Virus record (IMG/VR): IMGVR_UViG_638275431_000001
Location: 19,196-83,195 of that record
Direction: 5' to 3' (one strand)
Origin: a virus
Lineage: Duplodnaviria > Heunggongvirae > Uroviricota > Caudoviricetes > Straboviridae
DNA length: 64,000 bases
Shown here: piece by piece, positions 56,116 through 64,000 of the stretch
How the letters are laid out: every line of letters begins with the position of its first letter
Position numbering within the stretch: position 1 is the first letter of the stretch
Made by a program: the position numbers and the translations under genes
The notes under the pieces: generated by a model
Told to the model about the DNA's origin: nothing
Database searches by the model: none
What the model saw: only the letters and a program-made list of their open reading frames with translations

Positions 56116-56189
56116 ATAGTTACACTCCTGTTTATTTTATTTAATGCCTCCCGGGAGCTCTTAAATAGAATCACATAGGAGGGCCTTTT
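56116..56189. promoter_or_regulatory. Divergent intergenic region between gene 53 (minus) and 5.4 (plus) with late-promoter-like TAAATA boxes (cTTAAATAg on plus; cATTAAATAaaa on minus)
   Basis: Resembles the T4 late promoter TATAAATA; weak. Confidence 0.3.
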
Positions 56190-56483
56190 ATGCCTGGATT
56201 GACATACGATATGGCTTGGACGACTGGCCATGACACATATCCTCCTACACAAATACAAGCCACGCAGGGAAAAGTTTTTGTTGACGGTATAAAGGTCGTC
56301 GTTGAAGGCGACAGAATAATACCTCATCGAAACACTGTTGAGCCTTATGATGTTCATGACGGCTACGTTATTCCCACTACGGCGAAGGTTTTTGTTGGTG
56401 GAAAACCCGCAGTATCAATTGGTGATCCAATATCTTGCGGAGACACAATTGCACAATCATCTAGTAAGGTGTTTATACGATGA
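56190..56483 (+). CDS. 5.4: gp5.4 PAAR-repeat spike-tip protein
   Basis: 97 aa; PAAR-like repeats; same size as T4 gp5.4. Confidence 0.75.
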   Translation: MPGLTYDMAWTTGHDTYPPTQIQATQGKVFVDGIKVVVEGDRIIPHRNTVEPYDVHDGYVIPTTAKVFVGGKPAVSIGDPISCGDTIAQSSSKVFIR

Positions 56484-58363
56484 AATTGAAAACAAATATC
56501 CCAGATATTTTTAAAGGCGCTACCTTTGACGAAATCAAGAGCGACTTAATTGACTGGTTAGGTAACCAGGATGAATTTAAAGATTATGACTTTACTGGTT
56601 CAAGATTAAACGTTTTAACCGATTTGCTGGCATATTGCACACTCTATATTCAGCAATTTTCAAACTCAGCATTATTCGAGAGTTTTATCCGAACCGCTGT
56701 ATTAAGAAGTTCAGTTGTTCAACATGCTCAGGACATGGGATATATGCCAGATTCTCGTACTGCTTCTAGTACGACTTTACTGCTCAAAGCGACAAACCCG
56801 TTGAATCCTACCAGCATTCGTATTCCGAGAGGAACTAAATTCGTTGGTACGGTGGAACGTACTGATAACTACCCATTCGTTACTCTTGACGATGTTACAA
56901 TAATTCGTGGTCAGAATAATACTTACGAATCCCTTGTAAACGTGTACCAAGGACGAATAGTTCGAACTGAGTTGAAATTTGATGGAATTAGTCAAATTTT
57001 GATTCGTGACCCCAATATCGACAGATCTAAAGTTCGTGTATGGGTAGATGGTTCGCCATGGGTCGATTGGACTAATAATTCAATGGTTGATATTTCGGGT
57101 GCTTCCAACGTATTTTATATGCGTGAGACCATCGACCAGACCACTGAAATATTCTTTGGCGAAGGTGAAGCTAGCACCGAAATCGCAGGCGGGGCTCTTG
57201 TAGCAAATTACATTGGCGGGCTCAAACCGAATATTGGATCAACAATTGTGATCGAATATTTGAGCACTCGAGGTGAGCCAGCAAATGGGTCAAGAGATTT
57301 CGCATATACTGATACTCTTCAAAATATCGTCATAACTGATCTGATTGAGAATCCGACTGATGACGCCGATTATGTGGGTACTCAGGGCGGCGGTGATCCC
57401 GAAGACATCGAAAGAATCCGCGAACTTGCCCCGGTTATGAGAGAATCTCAGCGCAGATGTGTCACTGCAACCGATTGCGAGTCATTTGTCTCTCACAAGT
57501 TCGGTTCAATTGTTCAAGCCGTTCAGTGCTTCACTGACAGTGAGAAAAGAGGATACGCGTTCATCGCTATTAAGCCAAAGCAAGGGCTTAGATTAACAAC
57601 TGTCCAAAAAGAAGACATTGAAAATTATTTGTCACAATATAATCTCGCGCCTATTACCCCTGCAGTAATAGACCCAAATTATATGTACATCAAGTCAAAA
57701 ATCAAAGTGACATATAACCTTTCAGAATTGTATAACTCTGAAGAATGGCTTCGCGGGCAAATAATTGATTCTATTGACCGCTATTACACTGATGAAGTTG
57801 AAATTTTCAACAAAAACTTCTCTAAATCAAAGATGTTAACTCGTGTAGATTCGTCGGATGATTCTATTATCGGCTCTTCTGCTGAAATATCTCTTGTTAG
57901 GGAAGCAGATAATTTCTTCAAAACTCCAATGGCTGGAATATCTTTCCAGAATGCTATTTCTAAGGGGTCAGTCAATAGTTCTACAATCAACTTCACAAAG
58001 AATAACGTAACGTATGAAGTTAATTACGTTTCTACATCACAAACTGATAAAATTCTGATTGGGCCATTTGCTAATGGCGATATTCCTACATCAGAGTACT
58101 CTGGTAATGATTTCACAAAAACAACAGTGGGTGGAAGAAACAAGTATTACGAGGTCGGAACAGTAGATTACGCTCTCAACGTTATAAACTTTGACCTTGG
58201 TATTTTACCTGTACCAGCAGAATCATTTGCTGGAGCATATATAGAAATAGAAGCATTACCAGTTGATGACACTATCTTTGCGAAAGATGGAACTCTTATC
58301 GTATTTGAGAATGATTTACGTCAACAGTACACTGCTATTACTCTTGAAGCAATTTCACAATAA
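56480..58363 (+). CDS. 6: gp6 baseplate wedge
   Basis: 627 aa; synteny 5.4-6-7-8; T4 gp6-like. Confidence 0.8.
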   Translation: MKLKTNIPDIFKGATFDEIKSDLIDWLGNQDEFKDYDFTGSRLNVLTDLLAYCTLYIQQFSNSALFESFIRTAVLRSSVVQHAQDMGYMPDSRTASSTTLLLKATNPLNPTSIRIPRGTKFVGTVERTDNYPFVTLDDVTIIRGQNNTYESLVNVYQGRIVRTELKFDGISQILIRDPNIDRSKVRVWVDGSPWVDWTNNSMVDISGASNVFYMRETIDQTTEIFFGEGEASTEIAGGALVANYIGGLKPNIGSTIVIEYLSTRGEPANGSRDFAYTDTLQNIVITDLIENPTDDADYVGTQGGGDPEDIERIRELAPVMRESQRRCVTATDCESFVSHKFGSIVQAVQCFTDSEKRGYAFIAIKPKQGLRLTTVQKEDIENYLSQYNLAPITPAVIDPNYMYIKSKIKVTYNLSELYNSEEWLRGQIIDSIDRYYTDEVEIFNKNFSKSKMLTRVDSSDDSIIGSSAEISLVREADNFFKTPMAGISFQNAISKGSVNSSTINFTKNNVTYEVNYVSTSQTDKILIGPFANGDIPTSEYSGNDFTKTTVGGRNKYYEVGTVDYALNVINFDLGILPVPAESFAGAYIEIEALPVDDTIFAKDGTLIVFENDLRQQYTAITLEAISQ

Positions 58364-58389
58364 GGGCCTAACGGCCCTTTGGAGATTTT

Positions 58390-61300
58390 ATGATCATAAA
58401 AGCACCGGCCGTAACGAGCCTTAAAATCAAAATTTTATCGGCGAATCAAGTATATTTGACTTGGGACGATGTAGGTTCAAATTTTTACTATATTGTCGAA
58501 CTTCTTCAGACTAGAGCAGGGTATGGAACCAGTTGGGGTCAATTAGGTGTAACATCGGTCGAAGAATGGTTTGAAGACACATCTATACAAGCAGACACTT
58601 ATTACAAAATGCGAGTTCGCGTTTCTGGAAAAGGATTTGAGATGTCTGATTGGGTAGAAACTGAGGAGTTTCAAACCTTTTCGGAAAATGCCTACTACAT
58701 TTCTGCCATGAAAGAATTCACACCTGCTGCTTCCTTCGTGAGAGAAAAGTTCTCTAAAAACAACGAAAATTACGTCAATTTCAATACTGATGTAATTATG
58801 GCTTCGTTAATGAGCGAAGATTTCGTTTTCAGCAATCAGTTTACTGATGCGACGAATCTTTATGACAAAATAGTTTCAAATGAAAACTATCACGAAATAC
58901 AAGGCTTTATTGAGCCAGTGTGTGTTGACAAAAACAGAACAATGCTAGCTGAAATTGACGATGTGTTGTATCTATTTGAGCGTTTTCAGCCAATGGCCAA
59001 AGTGTCAAATGACAAAGGGCAAAACTGGAAATATTACAAAGCTTTCAATGGACGTGTCGGCAACCCGGTTAGTAGAACAGTAACATATCAATCTAGCACT
59101 ACTACATATCTTCTTGGATATGAAAACATCTATTACGGCCGTCGGGCAAATGACGCCAGATGGTCAGCTGATGACGTCAGATTTAGCTCAGATAGTGTGA
59201 CATTCTCAAAAACCGGCGATGAACTGAATCTTGGCTTTAATGTTGAAATATTCAACTCATACGCTCGGCTTCCTGGTGATATTTTTAGGAAGGGAGAAGC
59301 TATTGCTGCTGATGACGATTGGGTATATGTGGCAGCTAGAAATAAGTTGCGCAGAATCAAAACATCTAATGCGCCAATTGATAATGATCCAGGTAGTCCG
59401 ACATTTGGCGAGAAACTTTTTGACCCAACCGCTTTCAATATAACAACAAACGCACGGGCTGTTACGAAAAAGCTTGATACATTCAATGGCAAGCTTTATG
59501 CTTTGATTACCGGTGTAGTTACTCAAGCCGGTCTTGACCCAACAAAGCCTGAAAATGTTGTTCATGATCCAGTAGCAGGTGTCTATGAATTTGACGGTTC
59601 TTCGTGGAAAAAAGTATTTGGCATAGGTGAAGACCATGCCTGGATATCGCACGACTATAGCAATATGTCGACTAATGGAGAAGAGGTATTTGTTTCTCAA
59701 ATAAACTTCAAATATCCTGGTACTTTGCCTGATACCGATTTGCCAGCTAGATATGACAATGTGTTTGAAGCTGTAAAGTATGAATTAGCACCCGGCTATA
59801 ATTCTGACATTCCAATTCATATGGGTACTTTCCGCATCAATGCAGACGATCCAGTATGGAAACTCGGACCACAACAATACTATAATGAGGCAGCATTCAA
59901 CTGGATGGGCCGCTCCGGTACAAGATGCTGGATAACAAATAATGATCGTGTTCTTGTGGTTTACCCAAAAATCGAATATTCATTCTCTATCGACAACGAA
60001 GGAACAGAAAGTGACAAAAGGGTAAACAGAGAAACTTACAACAAAGGTGTTGTAACACTGCACGCAAATAACGTATACTTTACCGGTTTCAAACAATATG
60101 CCAATGGGGTACTTTTCCATAAAAATACTGGCGAAATAATTGGGTATTATGAATTCCCATACCGGGTAAGAAATACTACATCCGTTTTCTGGAAGCCGGC
60201 CAACGTCATGATGGTAGCTGAGCTCCGCAATCAAGAACGTGAAGTTCCATGGACACCCGCACCATTCGTCGGATTAAAGGATCCTGACCTTCAGCCACTT
60301 GTTACTAAAATGATGCCTGAAAGTTATTTGGACGAAGATACCAATTTTGGTGCATTTGCGAAATATTATCTGCAATTCTTGTCGGACGGAAACGGGACGT
60401 ATTACAACAAATTGCTCAATTTGATAAAAAACAAATACCCTCGCGAGCAATATGCATATGAATATCTTTGGTCAGAAGTTTTAAAAAGAAACATCTATTT
60501 GGATGAAGCTAAGCGAGATTCTGTCGCAAGATTTTTTGAATCTCGGGCCTACGATTTTTATTCCACAAAAGGGGTTGAACAATCATATAAATTCCTTTTT
60601 AAATTGCTTTATAATGAAGATGTTGAAATCGACATCGAGTCAAAGCATGGAATAGAATATGACATCGTAGTTTATTCAACCAACATAAGCCAAGATATTG
60701 TTGGAAGAACCATATATACTCCTACAGGACGTGCAAACGTCACATACGTGGATCGTGAGTACGTTGAAGGCCAATTGAAATGGAGAATAACCATTCACAA
60801 TATGATTGGTAAATTCTTTGAAGGCCAGCAAATAAAATCCGAAACTAGTTCGTTCGTAGGTGAAATATTGGTAGGGGTTAGAGGAAAGGAGCTTATGAGC
60901 GATTCGATTGACTATATCAATCGAGGTAGATCATATTACACCATGACTATAAAGTCAACTCTTCCGGCGTCTAGATATACGCAAGATGTTCTCCGTTTTG
61001 TCCATCCAGTTGGTTTTGGATTTGTTGGAATAACACTTCTCACGATGTTCATCAATTCCGGCTTATCGATGAAACATGTAGAAACTATCATCGATAATTT
61101 GAAAACGTATCGATGGGATGCTGGTTACCCAACTGAGCAATATGATCGCGTAGCCAAATTGGACGTTGACGGGAATATTGAGCATGATTCCATCACTGGA
61201 GAAGCTTTGTACTTAGTTGGTCCAAATGCCGGGGAACCATTTGTTCCTCCTCCTGAATATGACACTGAAGAAGCATCATGGCTAGGAAAACTGCCGTCGG

Positions 61301-61446
61301 AACGAAGATTCAATATGAGCCCGTTATTTGACCAGTCTGCTGTAACGTTCTCACATTTCAGACGTTTGGTAGAAAAAAGGCTAAAAGATGACGCTGGAAA
61401 TCCGCGTGACCAACAAAATCCAACACAGGTAAAAATAGATGAGTAA
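58390..61446 (+). CDS. 7: gp7 baseplate wedge
   Basis: 1018 aa (T4 gp7 is 1032 aa); synteny. Confidence 0.8.
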   Translation: MIIKAPAVTSLKIKILSANQVYLTWDDVGSNFYYIVELLQTRAGYGTSWGQLGVTSVEEWFEDTSIQADTYYKMRVRVSGKGFEMSDWVETEEFQTFSENAYYISAMKEFTPAASFVREKFSKNNENYVNFNTDVIMASLMSEDFVFSNQFTDATNLYDKIVSNENYHEIQGFIEPVCVDKNRTMLAEIDDVLYLFERFQPMAKVSNDKGQNWKYYKAFNGRVGNPVSRTVTYQSSTTTYLLGYENIYYGRRANDARWSADDVRFSSDSVTFSKTGDELNLGFNVEIFNSYARLPGDIFRKGEAIAADDDWVYVAARNKLRRIKTSNAPIDNDPGSPTFGEKLFDPTAFNITTNARAVTKKLDTFNGKLYALITGVVTQAGLDPTKPENVVHDPVAGVYEFDGSSWKKVFGIGEDHAWISHDYSNMSTNGEEVFVSQINFKYPGTLPDTDLPARYDNVFEAVKYELAPGYNSDIPIHMGTFRINADDPVWKLGPQQYYNEAAFNWMGRSGTRCWITNNDRVLVVYPKIEYSFSIDNEGTESDKRVNRETYNKGVVTLHANNVYFTGFKQYANGVLFHKNTGEIIGYYEFPYRVRNTTSVFWKPANVMMVAELRNQEREVPWTPAPFVGLKDPDLQPLVTKMMPESYLDEDTNFGAFAKYYLQFLSDGNGTYYNKLLNLIKNKYPREQYAYEYLWSEVLKRNIYLDEAKRDSVARFFESRAYDFYSTKGVEQSYKFLFKLLYNEDVEIDIESKHGIEYDIVVYSTNISQDIVGRTIYTPTGRANVTYVDREYVEGQLKWRITIHNMIGKFFEGQQIKSETSSFVGEILVGVRGKELMSDSIDYINRGRSYYTMTIKSTLPASRYTQDVLRFVHPVGFGFVGITLLTMFINSGLSMKHVETIIDNLKTYRWDAGYPTEQYDRVAKLDVDGNIEHDSITGEALYLVGPNAGEPFVPPPEYDTEEASWLGKLPSERRFNMSPLFDQSAVTFSHFRRLVEKRLKDDAGNPRDQQNPTQVKIDE

Positions 61447-62425
61447 TTTCTATCGTGCTATTGTTACTAGCAAATTCAGAACAAAGAATCTGCTTAACTT
61501 TTACGACATGGTGGGCGATGAGCCCACCAAAAATACAATATATGCAACATTCGGCCGGGACACTCCTTGGTCAACTAACGAAACTGATGTAGGATTTGCC
61601 CCGCCTTATCCAAACGATTCCATTGATGGTATTGTTGACATGTGGACAAACATGTTAGGAGCAGTAAAAATTGATAAATCTTTGCTTGATGCTATAATCC
61701 CACGAAAAGATTGGGGAGATATCAGATACGATAACCCCAAGACATTTTTCATTGATGACATAGTAGTAGTAAACTCTGCAACATATAACCGTACGGACAG
61801 TTCAGTTGGTTGGATGATTTATCGTTGTGCCGATGTTCCTTCTATTGGGTCATGCTCTATATCAGGGATAGATGACAAGATCGAGTGTATTACGATCGGC
61901 GGAAAATGGACAGCAACTCATGAATCCGTTGAGCCTCCTCGTGGGACTGCTATGGCAATCGACATGGGTGATGGTTATGTGTGGGAATATTTGTACACTA
62001 TTCCGCCCGATGTATCAATAAACAGATGCACAAATGAACATATTGTTGTGCCTTTCCCGGATGAACTTTCGGACGATCCTGCCAGGTGGGGGTATGAAAA
62101 TGCTATTCTATGGTATCCAGATAAGTTAGACCTAATTTACCGGGTTAAAGTAGACACACTCCGATTCAGAGCGTATATGGACTCAATATACTTCCCTGAG
62201 GCATCACTCCCAGGCAACACCGGTTTTCGCCAGATGAGCATAATCATCAACCCATTGGTTAAAAAATCTGCTCCAGCAGACCCAGATGAAAAGGCGATAT
62301 TGGCAGCATATAAACCCAACGAATTGGAAAAAGATTCGGGTGAAATGATATACATGGAAAACAGACAGCTTATCACTCGAGCTCTCGACCAGACAGAAGA
62401 AATCAATATCATTTTCTCATTTTAA
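61439..62425 (+). CDS. 8: gp8 baseplate wedge
   Basis: 328 aa (T4 gp8 is 334 aa); synteny. Confidence 0.75.
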   Translation: MSNFYRAIVTSKFRTKNLLNFYDMVGDEPTKNTIYATFGRDTPWSTNETDVGFAPPYPNDSIDGIVDMWTNMLGAVKIDKSLLDAIIPRKDWGDIRYDNPKTFFIDDIVVVNSATYNRTDSSVGWMIYRCADVPSIGSCSISGIDDKIECITIGGKWTATHESVEPPRGTAMAIDMGDGYVWEYLYTIPPDVSINRCTNEHIVVPFPDELSDDPARWGYENAILWYPDKLDLIYRVKVDTLRFRAYMDSIYFPEASLPGNTGFRQMSIIINPLVKKSAPADPDEKAILAAYKPNELEKDSGEMIYMENRQLITRALDQTEEINIIFSF

Positions 62426-62434
62426 GGAACACAA

Positions 62435-63292
62435 ATGTTACAATCTACTAAAAAGAGAATTGACGTAGGCATTATAGGTAATCCTTCAACCGGTGATATA
62501 CTCTATGACGGGGGTGTCAAACTCAATCAGGTTATTGATGCGCTTTATAACACATTTGGCGATTATAGACTTTATTCGTCAGCTTCTGAAGGAGCTGACT
62601 CTCAAATTATTCACGCCACTGGATATTACCAGAAATTATCCCGGCAGTATTATGCTGGAAATACGCTAGATATTGGTTCTATGCATGATGCAGACACATC
62701 TGGTGGGGCATTGACTATGACCCTGCCGAATGCAAAGCTTGGGGAAGGTTGCATCTTTATAAATAGTAATGGATCAATTTCTCCCTCGAATCCTCTCATA
62801 ATTCGCCCGCAAGCTGGTGAAAGTATTTTGGGAGCATCTGGCTCTCTTACTGTAACATCTCCATATGCAAGAGTTTTTGTCTGGTGTACAAAGAACGAAG
62901 GATCAGAAAGATATTGGGAATACGGAATAACCCCAATGTTTGGAAATTCCCTTATGCCAGTTGAAAAAACCATTTTAGCTACAACTACCGCAACTAATAT
63001 TCGTATTGCTGGTAAAAACGAATATTCTGCGATAAAGTTGATGGTTGCTGCCCGAAATACTGCCGGTACAGTTTTTAAAAATTCAGAATTCCTAATATCG
63101 GTAGATACTGTTACAAATGCAGTTTTAAATACTGAGTATGCTGTTCTTAAGAATACATCTAACGAATTGTATGAAATTCGTTTCTTTATTGGTGTAGGTG
63201 ATAACGTCTACGCTGAAGTAAAATCTCTCAGTGGGCAAATACGCTTTTCAATAAAAGCCATTGACACAATTAATATTGGGGCAACATCATAA
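62435..63292 (+). CDS. 9: gp9 baseplate wedge / long-tail-fibre socket
   Basis: 285 aa (T4 gp9 is 288 aa); synteny. Confidence 0.75.
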   Translation: MLQSTKKRIDVGIIGNPSTGDILYDGGVKLNQVIDALYNTFGDYRLYSSASEGADSQIIHATGYYQKLSRQYYAGNTLDIGSMHDADTSGGALTMTLPNAKLGEGCIFINSNGSISPSNPLIIRPQAGESILGASGSLTVTSPYARVFVWCTKNEGSERYWEYGITPMFGNSLMPVEKTILATTTATNIRIAGKNEYSAIKLMVAARNTAGTVFKNSEFLISVDTVTNAVLNTEYAVLKNTSNELYEIRFFIGVGDNVYAEVKSLSGQIRFSIKAIDTINIGATS

Positions 63293-64000
63293 TGGAAATA
63301 ATCAAAATCGGAAACGTTGTTGATGATGGCCAAGGCGATTATCTCCGCCGTGGTGGGCAAAAGGTCAATAACAACTTTACCGAACTCTATTCACAACTGG
63401 GCGACGGAGATCGCCCATTCGCTGCAGGCGCGTGGAAAAATCATTCGGTAGGAGCTCTTTCTCCATTATTTGGAGATTCATGGGCAATAAACACCTCCGC
63501 TGGTTCTATTACTGTCAATTTGCCTAAAGGATCTGTTTCCGACTACAATAAAGCAATAAAATTGCGAGATGTGTGGGGCACATGGGCAAGCCAAAACGTA
63601 ATTTTGGTTGCTGCTTCGGGAGATACGTTAAAGGGTTCACCAAATCCTCGTAATCTTGACAAAAATTTGATGGACGTTGAGCTTGTATATTGTTCGCCGG
63701 GCAGATGGGAATACGTAGAGAACAAGCGTGTTGATAAAATTACAACATCTGATTTGAGTACTGTTGCCAAAAAAGAAATAGTCGTGGCTGTTGATGGTCA
63801 AACCGATTTTCCTAATGTGTTCGGGACAACAAATTACAATATTGCAAACCTCGAAGTCTATCTACGCGGTAACTTGCTGTATTACGGCGACGCTTTAAAC
63901 GAAAACTCGAACTATGGATCTATCGACCCAGCCAATTCGACATCAGTGCTGCCATTAGATGGTAGAAGTATTCGAATTCGTGATATTGACATCAAAAAGG
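63293..64000 (+). CDS. 10: gp10 baseplate wedge (5' part; continues past the window end)
   Basis: MEIIKIGNVVDDGQGDYLRRGGQKVNNNFTELYSQLGDGDRPFAAGAWK matches the T4 gp10 N-terminus. Confidence 0.85.

Overview
This window is from a T4-like (Tevenvirinae) phage genome. The split gene 43, the NadV/NatV genes and the large tRNA set suggest an Aeromonas/Vibrio-type T4 relative such as Aeromonas phage 25, but that is an inference from gene content and I ran no search. Nearly all genes lie on the minus strand, in T4 early-region order: 49, nrdD ... 55, 47, 46, 45.2, rpbA, 45, 44, 62, regA, 43. Further along are nrdB, nrdA, tk, a cluster of 14 tRNAs, and 57B(acb1), 57A, 1, 3, 2, 4, 5.1-like, 5, 53. The plus strand at the 3' end carries 5.4, 6, 7, 8, 9 and the start of 10.

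Several things stand out in the sequence itself. (1) Gene 43 (DNA polymerase) is in pieces: a 43A cistron, an intercistronic hairpin with RBS, a free-standing GIY-YIG homing endonuclease gene (HEG), the short 5' exon of 43B, an ORF-less group I intron, and the 3' exon of 43B. (2) The accessory region is rich in NAD/ADP-ribose/nucleotide-signal enzymes: NAMPT (NadV), an uncharacterised pol-beta nucleotidyltransferase, NMNAT-Nudix (NatV), CYTH, Macro, NADAR and a 2H phosphoesterase at the Acb1/57B position. (3) A DprA/SLOG-like Rossmann protein is translationally coupled to a 479-aa P-loop NTPase. (4) A prepilin-like protein sits beside an SPFH/Band7 protein and a lipoprotein. (5) Four copies of a promoter-hairpin-RBS cassette (PeSL-like) precede small ORFs. 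(6) A ~75-bp composite repeat occurs twice, 40 kb apart, with its core inverted between the copies. (7) The tk reading frame needs three -1 shifts to recover T4-like residues. (8) Two free-standing GIY-YIG HEGs and one HNH HEG are present. No CRISPR array, integrase or rRNA was found.
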